Source of the DNA: Octopus bimaculoides
Taxonomy: Eukaryota
Direction: 5' to 3'
NCBI RefSeq assembly: GCF_001194135.2
Contig: NC_068982.1
Span: 73,854,170 to 73,894,695 of the forward strand
Length of the DNA: 40,526 nt
In this document: one piece after another, positions 24,244 to 35,569 of the stretch
Layout: every line of letters starts with the position of its first letter
Position numbering within the stretch: the first letter of the stretch is position 1
The notes under the pieces: generated by a model
Database searches by the model: none
The model's input: the letters and a program-made list of their open reading frames with translations, nothing else
Told to the model about the DNA's origin: nothing
Translations under genes and position numbers: made by a program

Positions 24244-24720
24244 AATCATCATCATTGTTTAATGTCCATTTTCCATGCTGGCATGGGCTGGATGGTTTAA
24301 CAGGAGCTGCCCAGACTCCAATTGTCTGTTATAACATGGTTTCTATGGCTGTATGGCCATCCTAATGTCAACCACTTTATAGTGTGCTGGGTGCTTTTTA
24401 CATGCTACTGGCACAGGTGTGTTAATGCAGCACCAGCACAAGTGCACTTTATGTGACACCAGCATCTGTAAAAGACAAGCCTATATGTATGGATGACAGA
24501 GATTTTACTTAGTTTGACACATTTTCTCAAGCCCAGCAAATAGCCACAACTTCTGAGGGAGTCTATTGTCTGCACATTTTTAGTGCTTATTGTACCTGTA
24601 CATTTGTCACACACAAAGACTATTTTCTCTGTTAATCTTCCTGTGATATTGCTATCAGAGTATTGCATTAATGTGCCATCGTTGGGGAAAAACTGACTGG
24701 AAACTCGAGACACCACTTTT
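24244..24720 (-). mobile_element. Internally deleted RTE LINE fragment
   Basis: SNITGRLTEKIVFVCDKCTGTISTKNVQTIDSL resembles the RCSGAINTVNVQK segment at 20190-20230 and is fused directly to a 3' end of the 3690-3900 type. Confidence 0.65.
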
Positions 24721-25373
24721 ATGATAGTAATACTTATTTATAAGTATAGTGCATTTTGTCAAGAAAAGGAAACAAACACACACATATATACATATATGTG
24801 TGTATAGTGTATTGTGCCATTATTGGTAGGATTAACAAAAAAAGTACTTCATATATACATATATATATATCATTACCATTTAATGTCCATGCTTTCATGG
24901 GTTGGTAGTTTGACAGGATGTGGCAAGCCTCAGTTGTAACAAGTATGACTCATACAAATGGTGTCCATTTCCAATGTTCCATGAAAACATCTTGCCATGG
25001 GGAAATATTACCTTACAGGGGAACAAGTGAAGGTTGGTGACAGGAAAGGCATCTAGCCAAAGAAAATCTGCTTCATCACATTCACCTGGGGAAGCCACAT
25101 ATCTCTCCTTCAGCAAGATACCTGTTCATTCCTCTATCATATTTTTCCCTCACTCAGTATTATACTCCCACTCAGTTGAGGGGTTTGCTTTGTGAGTTAC
25201 TTCGTAACTTCACAGCATGGAAAATGAATGTTAGATCATGATGATGATGATGACATATTCTTCAAAGAATAATTTTATCACTTGGATTTTCAGTAACATG
25301 GACTGATAGTTGAGTCTGTATGAGGAGTTTACTGTGATAGCCAATGGATTCTCTGAATCCATATCTTACACTA

Positions 25374-25407
<34 letters not shown>

Positions 25408-25427
25408 ATTAATGAGAGAGATGAAAG

Positions 25428-25614
25428 TTGATCACTACAATTGTTTCAACCCATCTCGCATCAATTCCTCAAGGGTGGGATACTGAACGTCTGGTTTAGG
25501 TGTATCCGTCAGTGTAAATGTGTCTCCTCAAGTGACAAGGTGTATCTCATTAAAATAACATTTGTTCCCATGAGGAACTGATGCTAGATGGGTTGAAACA
25601 ATTGCTGTGATCAA
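25428..25614. repeat. 44-bp inverted repeat, MITE-like
   Basis: ttgatcactacaattgtttcaacccatctcgcatcaattcctca (25428-25471) versus the reverse complement of 25571-25614. Confidence 0.7.
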
Positions 25615-25720
25615 TAAACATTCTCATATCTGAGAAAGTGAATGTGATTTACTGAAAAACTACCAGGTCTATATCATATGATTTAATAACTAATAATAAT
25701 AATAATAATAATAATATATA

Positions 25721-27290
25721 CAGGGTGTCCCAAGAGTCACTGATGGGTTTCAGTTTTTAATAGCTTCTTTAACTTTACAAATAAATGCATGAAATTTTGA
25801 TACAATATAAAAGACATAATGGAAATTAATATGCACAAGTCAAATTTTGCAACACCACTACATCACAAATGGAAAATGGCATCGCTTAAATGGCAGCCGT
25901 TTTCGGCTCCGCACGCCCATGCTTTTTCCAAAACTTGCACCATAACATCCTCAGGTGTTTCAGACCCCACTTCTTTGATTGCTCTGTTGATGTTCTCCTT
26001 CAGTTGCACCGGGGTCTTCAGTTTGTTGACGTAAACCCACTCTTTCAAGCATCTCCACAAGAAAAAATCTGGAATAGTCAAATCTGGGGAACGTGAAGGC
26101 CATTCAGAGTAAACCTCATATAGGGTTCCAGTAAGAGAAACAATGCAGATGTTACGGCAGTAAACTCTCTCTCTATCAGGTATCCCACAAGAAAAAATCT
26201 GGGCTCATCAAGTCTAGGGAATGTAAAGGCCATTCAAAGCAGACCTCACACATGGTTTCAGCAAGATGGGGCAACTGCTCATACCACAAGAGAAACAATG
26301 CAGTTGCTACAGCAGTGCTTTGGAGAGAGAATAATCTCCCACTACGGCAATGTCAACTGGCCTTTACGCTCTCCAGACTTGACAAGCCCGGATTTTTTTC
26401 TTGTGGGAATACCCGAAAGAGAGGGTTTACGTCAACAAACTGAAGACCCCGGTGCAACTGAAGGAGAACATCATCGTCATCGTTTAACGTTCGCTTTCCA
26501 TTCTAGCATGGGTTGGACGATTTAACTGAGGACTGGTGAAACTGGATGGCAACACCAGGCTCCANNNNNNNNNNNNNNNNNNNNNNNNNNNNNNNNNNNN
26601 NNNNNNNNNNNNNNNNNNNNNNNNNNNNNNNNNNNNNNNNNNNNNNNNNNNNNNNNNNNNNNNNNNNNNNNNNNNNNNNNNNNNNNNNNNNNNNNNNNNN
26701 NNNNNNNNNNNNNNNNNNNNNNNNNNNNNNNNNNNNNNNNNGAAGGCCAGTCAGGCGGTACTGGCAACGGCCACGCTCAAAATGGTGTATTTTATGTGCC
26801 ACCCGCACAAGAGCCAGTCCAGGGGCACTGGCAACGATCTTGCTCGAAAATCCTACGAAGGCCAGTCAGGCGGTACTGGCAACGGCCATGCTCAAAATGG
26901 TGTATTTTATGTGCCACCCCCACAAGAGCCAGTCCAGGGGCACTGGCAACGACCTCGCTCGAAATTCCTTACACATGCCGCGGGCACAAGTGCCAGAAAG
27001 GCAATGCTGGGCACAGATGCCAATAGAGAAATCAAAGAAGTGGGGTCTGAAACACCTGAGGGTGTTATGGTGCAAGTTTTGGAAAGAGCATGGGTGTGCG
27101 AAGCTGAAAATGGCTGCCATCTAAGTGATGCCATTTTTCATTTGTGATGTAGTGGTGTTGCAAAATTTGACCTGTGCATATTAATTTCCATTATATCGTT
27201 TATATTGTACCAAAATTTCATGCATTTACTTGTAAAGTTAAGGAAGTTATTAGAAACTGAAACCCATCAGTGAGTTTTGGGACATCCTCT
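25721..27290. mobile_element. Tc1/mariner DD41D (rosa-type) fold-back derivative built from two 3' ends
   Basis: TA|CAGGGTGTCCC at the left end and gggacatcct at the right. Transposase remnant WFQQDGATAH...NWPLRSPDLTSPDFF has the second D at 26265 and the third at 26391, giving 41 intervening residues. The C-terminus is present on both strands (25863-26102 minus; 26358-27147 plus). Confidence 0.88.
26473..27021 (-). mobile_element. RTE 3' UTR insertion into the right arm of the mariner derivative
   Basis: Interrupts gagaacatc|aatagag, which is intact in the left arm. Begins with the (ATC)n tail and contains N gap 26565-26741. Confidence 0.85.
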
Positions 27291-27299
27291 GTGTGTGTG

Positions 27300-27330
<31 letters not shown>

Positions 27331-28879
27331 CGTGACCCCCTCTGGTCACGAATGACTATGGAACTGCACCTAGAAAATTCTCCTCCAAAGCACAAGTCTG
27401 ACCAAAGTTGTTCGTGGAACAGTCGCCCATGCATACCAGTCTCCCCTCTCTACACCACTGATGTCCAAAGAAAAGGCGAAGGCTGATACAGCTCGGCAGC
27501 AGTGACATTGCAACTCATTTCTACAGCATTGTGTGCACATATATCATATGTATGCATGTGTGTGTATCTTTGTCCTCTAACCCTTCAAAATAGTGCTTCA
27601 ACATGGCCATTTTTAATGACTGAAACCAGTAAAAGAATTAACTGATGAAAGTAATATGGTGCTACATTTCAAATAATCTTGTTGTCACATTTACGTTTGT
27701 TTTCAAATTATATGTTGTATCTATATTTTATCTTTTACTTGCTTCAATCATTAGATTGTGACCATGCTGAGATACTGCCTCAAAAGTTCTTTGTCTTTTT
27801 TTAGTCAAACAAATTGACCACAACATTTATGCTTAAGTCCAGTGCTTATTCTATCAGTCTCTTTTACTGAACTAAGTTACAGAAATGTAAACAGATCAAT
27901 ACAGGATGTTAAGCTGTGTAGGTGAGGGAGGAGGGCACAAACACATACAAAGACACACAGATATATATATATATATATANNNNNNNNNNNNNNNNNNNNN
28001 NNNNNNNNNNNNNNNNNNNNNNNNNNNNNNNNNNNNNNNNNNNNNNNNNNNNNNNNNNNNNNNNNNNNNNNNNNNNNNNNNNNNNNNNNNNNNNNNNNNN
28101 NNNNNNNNNNNNNNNNNNNNNNNNNNNNNNNNNNNNNNNNNNNNNNNNNNNNNNNNNNNNNNNNNNNNNNNNNNNNNNNNNNNNNNNNNNNNNNNNNNNN
28201 NNNNNNNNNNNNNNNNNNNNNNNNNNNNNNNNNNNNNNNNNNNNNNNNNNNNNNNNNNNNNNNNNNNNNNNNNNNNNNNNNNNNNNNNNNNNNNNNNNNN
28301 NNNNNNNNNNNNNNNNNNNNNNNNNNNNNNNNNNNNNNNNNNNNNNNNNNNNNNNNNNNNNNNNNNNNNNNNNNNNNNNNNNNNNNNNNNNNNNNNNNNN
28401 NNNNNNNNNNNNNNNNNNNNNNNNNNNNNNNNNNNNNNNNNNNNNNNNNNNNNNNNNNNNNNNNNNNNNNNNNNNNNNNNNNNNNNNNNNNNNNNNNNNN
28501 NNNNNNNNNNNNNNNNNNNNNNNNNNNNNNNNNNNNNNNNNNNNNNNNNNNNNNNNNNNNNNNNNNNNNNNNNNNNNNNNNNNNNNNNNNNNNNNNNNNN
28601 NNNNNNNNNNNNNNNNNNNNNNNNNNNNNNNNNNNNNNNNNNNNNNNNNNNNNNNNNNNNNNNNNNNNNNNNNNNNNNNNNNNNNNNNNNNNNNNNNNNN
28701 NNNNNNNNNNNNNNNNNNNNNNNNNNNNNNNNNNNNNNNNNNNNNNNNNNNNNNNNNNNNNNNNNNNNNNNNNNNNNNNNNNNNNNNNNNNNNNNNNNNN
28801 NNNNNNNNNNNNNNNNNNNNNNNNNNNNNNNNNNNNNNNNNNNNNNNNNNNNNNNNNNNNNNNNNNNNNNNNNNNNNNN

Positions 28880-29400
28880 GTATATGTGCGTTGCTGTGTA
28901 CGTGTGTGTGCGTGCGTTTGCTTCTGTATGTGAGTGTGTTGTTTATGCCCATGTGTGTGTGATTGTATGCGTGTCTGTGTGAGTGTGTTGTGTTGGTGAG
29001 AGGTGTGTGTGCGTGTGTATGTGTATGTGGGTGTGTGCGTGTGTGTGTATGTGTGTGGATGTGCGTGTGTGTGGGATTGTGAGTGTTAGGTACGTGTGCA
29101 TGTGTGTGTATGCGCGTGTTTGTCTGTATGTGTGTGTGTATATTTTTTGTGCGTACGTATGTGTGTTTTCATGCGTGCGTGTGTGTGTGTGTGTGTGTGT
29201 GTGTATGTTGTGTATATGTGCGTTCCTGTGTGTGTGTGTGCATGTGTTTGCTTACGTACATGCGTGCATGTGTCATTTATGCCCCTTGTGTGTGTAGTTG
29301 TATGCGTGTTTGTGTGAGTGTGTGTTGGGGGGTAGGTGTGCATACATGTGTGTGTATGGGTGCGTGTATTTTTTGTGTGTGGGTATGTGTGCGTGTAGGA
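28880..29400. repeat. Degenerate (GT)n-derived low-complexity tract between two gaps
   Basis: TG-rich cryptic repeat. Other simple repeats: (TA)n at 2887-2955, (GT)n at 7120-7160 and 18909-18967, (CAC)/(TAC)n at 7785-7845, (GGT/AGT)n at 8075-8205 and 15305-15380, and (TA)/(GCAT) at 35235-35402. Confidence 0.9.
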
Positions 29401-31282
29401 AGAGATGAAATAAATTGTGGAAAATTGTAGTGATTGTAANNNNNNNNNNNNNNNNNNNNNNNNNNNNNNNNNNNNNNNNNNNNNNNNNNNNNNNNNNNNN
29501 NNNNNNNNNNNNNNNNNNNNNNNNNNNNNNNNNNNNNNNNNNNNNNNNNNNNNNNNNNNNNNNNNNNNNNNNNNNNNNNNNNNNNNNNNNNNNNNNNNNN
29601 NNNNNNNNNNNNNNNNNNNNNNNNNNNNNNNNNNNNNNNNNNNNNNNNNNNNNNNNNNNNNNNNNNNNNNNNNNNNNNNNNNNNNNNNNNNNNNNNNNNN
29701 NNNNNNNNNNNNNNNNNNNNNNNNNNNNNNNNNNNNNNNNNNNNNNNNNNNNNNNNNNNNNNNNNNNNNNNNNNNNNNNNNNNNNNNNNNNNNNNNNNNN
29801 NNNNNNNNNNNNNNNNNNNNNNNNNNNNNNNNNNNNNNNNNNNNNNNNNNNNNNNNNNNNNNNNNNNNNNNNNNNNNNNNNNNNNNNNNNNNNNNNNNNN
29901 NNNNNNNNNNNNNNNNNNNNNNNNNNNNNNNNNNNNNNNNNNNNNNNNNNNNNNNNNNNNNNNNNNNNNNNNNNNNNNNNNNNNNNNNNNNNNNNNNNNN
30001 NNNNNNNNNNNNNNNNNNNNNNNNNNNNNNNNNNNNNNNNNNNNNNNNNNNNNNNNNNNNNNNNNNNNNNNNNNNNNNNNNNNNNNNNNNNNNNNNNNNN
30101 NNNNNNNNNNNNNNNNNNNNNNNNNNNNNNNNNNNNNNNNNNNNNNNNNNNNNNNNNNNNNNNNNNNNNNNNNNNNNNNNNNNNNNNNNNNNNNNNNNNN
30201 NNNNNNNNNNNNNNNNNNNNNNNNNNNNNNNNNNNNNNNNNNNNNNNNNNNNNNNNNNNNNNNNNNNNNNNNNNNNNNNNNNNNNNNNNNNNTGATCTAT
30301 TTCTAGCACATTGAATGTCCACGTCAGTGGTCAACGTCATATATAAAAATGGACTTTAATCCCCTGAGATTGCAGGTACTGTTTCTGAATCTCTTTGATT
30401 CTTTAAATGTGCTAGCTTCCTGGTAATTAATCGATATTAATTAATATATGATTTTTTGCCATATTTTTTAATAATATATATATATATACCTCGGAGTGGT
30501 TGGCGTTAGGAAGGGCATCCAGCTGTAGAAACTCTGCCAGATCAGATTGGATCCTGGTGTAGCCACCTGGTCCACCAGTCCTCAGTCAAATCGTCCAACC
30601 CATGCTAGCATGGAAAGCAGACGTTAAACGATGATGATATGTACACACACATATATATATATATATGTACATACTATATACACAACAATTTTCACAGTTT
30701 TTGTCTACCAAACTGGTAGGCCCAAGACTATAGTAGAAGGCATTTGTTCAAATTCCGCCAATGTCAACTTTGACTTTCATCCTTTCACTGTTGATAAAAT
30801 AAAGTACAATTCAAGTACTGGGGTCAATGTAGTTGACTATCCCCTTCCTCTAACATTACTGGCCTTGTGCCAAAGATATGAAAGAATGACTATAGTAGAA
30901 GACATTTGCTCAAGTGAAACTGAGCTCACAACCAAGTGGATGGAAAGTGAGCATCTTAACCACTCAGCCATGCCTGCACCTATTATTGACACGCTTTACC
31001 GTTTTATATACAACCAACAAACACTAACATCGACAGCACAATGAGATTTCACATAGATTGCAATCTACTGTGAGATATGTGAAACAACTAAAAGTATATA
31101 AACGTCCTATCAACATAAACAAACGTCTAAACATGAACTTTTGAGAGTTAACATGCAGTTTAGGGATTTAAAGAAATGAAAGTAAACTGACAGAAGTGAC
31201 GACAGTGACATCCCTATAAAACAGAGCTCCCACATTGTCATGTCCACATGTACCTATTGATACAGTACCTTTTAGTAATCGT

Positions 31283-31630
31283 CATCATCATCATCGTCGT
31301 TTAACGTCCGCTTTCCATGCTAGCATGGGTTAGACGATTTGACTGAGGACTGGTAGACCAGGGGGCGACACCAGGCTCCAATCTGATTTGGCAGTTTCTA
31401 CAGCTGGATGCCCTTCCTAACGCCAACCACTCAGAGAGTGTAGTGGGTGCTTTTACGTGCCACCGGCACGAGTGCCAGTCAGGCGGTACTGGCGACGGCC
31501 ACGCTCGAAACGGTGTATTTTACGTGCCACCTGCACGTCCATCGGCACTGGCAACGATCTCGCTCGAATGTCTTTTCGCGTGCCACTGGCACAAGTGCCA
31601 GGGAGGCGACGTTGGTAACGATCAACGGCC
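31283..31630 (-). mobile_element. RTE LINE 3' UTR fragment
   Basis: Reverse complement of 20990-21315, with an (ATC)n tail. Related copies at 30490-30635 (+), 38230-38555 (+), 9520-9800 (-), 6810-7000 (-) and 24870-25050 (-). Confidence 0.85.
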
Positions 31631-32072
31631 ACGTATCTGTGGCAACTAAGGTAATCGTTCCAGAATGCTATAACTTGCAACAAATAACACTAACGAAAAG
31701 CGAATTCGGTGATTTACATGTCGACGCATGATAGCCACCACAGTTAAATGTGAGTATTGCAATAATCCTGCACCACTAATGAATTGTACAAAAAAGGACG
31801 GAAACTGGTGGTGCTGTTCCTATCGATTCACTCTCGAATAGAATGTTGACAAAATTACAGGATTTCACTATGATCACTTCCGGTCAATTTACTGTCAAAT
31901 TTTAAAATTCCTAAACTACACCTCAGCCTTATTTAGGACATAACCTGTTATTAAGAGAAGATTATTTAATGTATTGCCCTTCGTTCTTCAGTTTAGCTTG
32001 ATATTTGACGCTGCATTCGTTTTGTACCGGAAGTCAAGGACGTTTTGAAGACGAACCTATGGAGCAAGATTA

Positions 32073-32590
32073 TTACTAAAACGCCAAAATTCTGCTTTAA
32101 ACACTCCATATAACCCCTCATAGCTCTTTTAGTTTTTGAAAATTTTGGTGTATTTGTGTTCTACGCACGGGAATTTACATGACTATGAAAACAAAAAACA
32201 TTTTAATTTTTCAAGATTTAAAAAATTTATTCCTAATTTTTCGAATTCTTTTTTTTTTTGAAATCAGTTTAAAATACGGACAGTCCGAAGTTTTGGCTTA
32301 AATCCCAGCAATAGACCATTAACTGTGTTTATGGGGAGAAAGATATTGAAAAAACATTAGTACGTCAGAGTGACAAACGACGACAGTATGAGGTGGTCAT
32401 GAAATGTGTTAAAAATAACAGCTAAATACCCTCTTAAATCACGTTTGTTTTTTTTTTCATTTTTACATAGCCGAATGGATTTCCGTGTGTAGAACACAAA
32501 TTCGCAAAAAGTTTCTGAAAATTCCAAAAAATAAAAAAAAGTTATGAGGGGTTATATGGCGTGCTTAAAACAATTCCGCCGTCTATAGTA
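32073..32590. repeat. Imperfect ~130-bp inverted repeat with ~240-bp spacer (MITE-like or fold-back)
   Basis: ccatataacccctcata...atttgtgttctac.cacgg.aat (32073-32200) is mirrored at 32443-32590. Confidence 0.75.
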
Positions 32591-33199
32591 TTTTAAAAAC
32601 CATTGAGTAATTTGTTGATTGTCATTACACAACATAATGATGTTACAGAAGTGTAATGGAAATTGTTGCAGGAACATTCTAGAATACTTTCGATTTGTAT
32701 TTTAGAAGGCTAAACCTAAAGACGGATACTTTTTCCTCCATACAACCGATTTTATGTTAACAACAAAATAACGTCAATGAAAATAATGTCAGATTTTTTT
32801 TCCTTTTGTTGTGGGATAATTATGAGCAAATTGTTTGAAAGGTAAAAAAAAAAAAGCACGCAGTTATTTTCTTTTTGATTAAGATGTTTTAATTAAAAAA
32901 AAAATAACGAATATAATCGTAATCTACGCCTTTAAAAACATATATCTGTCAAACTTCATTAAAAAAATATGCATTAAGAAAATTATGAGGGGAGAAAAAT
33001 ATGAGCGACGGTAGGGGCACCTAACTGTAGTTATGCCCCCATTTCTCATTGTTCCTGTGATATTTTTTGTTATAAATTTGTATTGCTATAATTAATTTTC
33101 AAAATGTTTTGAAGTGTATTACGTGAGCCATATACAATTCATTATATTGATCACATTTTCTCATATTTTAACCATTGGAAAGTCGTTTTCAAAGGAACA

Positions 33200-33830
33200 A
33201 AGCTACTTCGTTCGCAGATTTCATCGTGATAGGCGTGGTCGTGCAATATGTGGCCCGAGGTCATACTTTTGCGTGGTTCTGCTTGCGTTGCAGCGCTAGA
33301 TGCAACAATCGATGAGGTATTTATTTTGTATGTATGTATATAGATGAGTGTCTGCGTGCAGTCGGACTCACATGGTGAGAACGAACGGCTTATCGATTTT
33401 AGACGAACTGAGTTAGTGATCCGATTGCTATTCCGAGATAGAACGGCTACCTTTAAATTGCCAATGCTTAAAATACAAGAATTTCTCTTTATTCTCACCT
33501 GAAGAAAATCTGAAGTTTCACGCTTTGTAAGAAACATGTTGTTACACATAAATTAGATACCAAACCGAGTGTTTTACCAAAATTAAAATAAAATAAAAAG
33601 GCAATAATCTCCAGTGACAATACGTACATCTCTTTCTGTGTTTGGATCATACAGCCAACATCTTCCTTGTTGATCTGACAAGTGAGTGCTTCAGTAAAAG
33701 TCGTGGCATAGTCTTCTATAGACAACGGAGACGTCTGACCGTCCGACATTTCAATACAGAAATATAGGAAACGTCTACTAACCGCTTTCCGACTGTCGCA
33801 AAACAAAACACGCACAACTATAATGGAGGT
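33200..33830. promoter_or_regulatory. CpG-enriched region around KXD1 exon 1 (promoter-proximal)
   Basis: CG dinucleotides are visibly denser here than in the CpG-poor unique DNA elsewhere, and the region overlaps the start codon. No TSS can be placed from sequence alone. Confidence 0.4.
33628..33749 (-). CDS. KXD1: KxDL motif-containing protein 1 (BORC subunit), first coding exon
   Basis: Encodes MSDGQTSPLSIEDYATTFTEALTCQINKEDVGCMIQTQKE plus AT, then donor gtacgt. 122 nt, ending in phase 2. The 'F..L...VN.EDV..II..Q..M' pattern matches the KXD1 N-terminus as I recall it, and the exon joins exon 2 in frame (AT|G = Met). Confidence 0.9.
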
Positions 33831-35276
33831 GTGGATGTGGGGAGTTAGAAATTTAACTGCATAATATTAGGTCGGTAAACGTTTAATAAAACAGTTTTGT
33901 TGTTATTATTTAATATGAAGGTGATTTTTAAATTTGAGAAAATTTCTCTCTCTCCTCTTTTCTCTCCATTCCTTCTCTGTCTCCCCTCTCTCTCTCTCTC
34001 TCTCTCACACACATACACACACATTCGCGTGCGTGTGTGTGTTGTCACGATTTCATAACATCATTACTTAAAGTAAACAAAAGTAAAATACCAGAAACAA
34101 TACTTTACTAATTTTCTTTAAAGAAAAAAACTAAACACAGTGCGTACATATATTTTCTGATACAGAGACGCACTTTTTTTTTATTTGTTTACTGTTGCAA
34201 GGAGGCCTAGTCACACGACTTTAACGTAAATGGGTTTCCATATGTTTACATCTTTCTTAACATTGGACAAAATGGCTGGGACTTGTTACACAATTACGGG
34301 AACTCTCGTCCCACTTTCCATATGTAATATTACTAGGATATAAACAAAAAAAGGTTCACTCATTGAGTCATAACTAATATTTACAAAGGTAAGTGGTTAT
34401 GATTACAACAAAATTAAGAGAAAATCATTATGATTTTAGTACCATGATTTCGTAAGATTTTTTTCTTTTTATTTTGGCTTTGTATGAGAAAAGAGAAAAC
34501 AAGATCAGGCAGTATTTTTCTTTCAGACTGGAAGGAGGGGGGAGAGAGATGCACAAAAATGAAGGCTGTCTGCCAAGGCATTTTCCATAAAGCTACTTGC
34601 TTTTCTATTATATTATTCCCTTTTTATTAATAATTACACTGCTCATCTTTCAACAGGTAAAATATACTCGACATGTGGGTAATTTCTCGTTATTACACTA
34701 ACATATATACCAACATAAATCTACACGTTTGCTCGCTGATTAATTATATTTTTTCCCTTTAACCTTTGATAAAATAACTAGCAACAACAAAATCCGATAT
34801 TTAGTTTTATATATTTCTTGTTTCTTTCTCTGTAGTTCACATATTCAACACGTTTACAGGCAGTATTTAGTCTTACAACTAAACTCGTCTTCAATTAACA
34901 GAGCTAACCTGTTCTTACCTGAGGTAGCGTGGTCGGTGTTAGCATGATATAGAAACCATACTATCTGACTAATAACCCTATGGTGTTTCTTATTTATTTT
35001 TGTATTTATTCGAACTTATCACATGTTTGCCAATGTCAAGTCAGAGGAATACTTAGATATTACGCTATATAAATAAACCATGGACGTGTTTCTTAGTTTG
35101 TTGTGCCGCAACTTCGGCGCACATCTTCCTCTTCGTGTCTATCTATTTACAAAATAATGAAGTTCATATAGTGTTATATAATTTATATACTCTTTGTCTC
35201 AATGTGCATATATTTTACTTTGTATAGAATCTATTGAGCGTGTATGTATGTGAGTATATATATCGTATGCATGTGC

Positions 35277-35323
<47 letters not shown>

Positions 35324-35366
35324 GTATGCATATGAGTGTGTGTATATATATATCGTATGCATGTGC

Positions 35367-35406
<40 letters not shown>

Positions 35407-35569
35407 CGTCTGTTTGTGCACACATAAACAGGAATATGTATCTGTTGGTGGATATTTATGTCTACGCATGTGGTTATGTTTATATATTTGAAGATGCGTT
35501 GTTACAAATTAACAATTGTAGGACAACAGGGTGTGTATAGTATATAAACACACAAATATATACTTTGCT

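Noticed and set aside
26526-26545. CTGAGGA-CTGGT-GAAAC
   Set aside because: No stem II or stem I, and the homologous RTE-tail copy near 31342 lacks GAAA. Chance match.
26742-26970. 115-bp tandem duplication inside the RTE insert
   Set aside because: Starts exactly at the edge of an N gap, so it cannot be distinguished from a gap-flank assembly duplication.
18121-30340. Long ORFs rich in X, YI, CV or TH
   Set aside because: Artefacts of N gaps and dinucleotide microsatellites.
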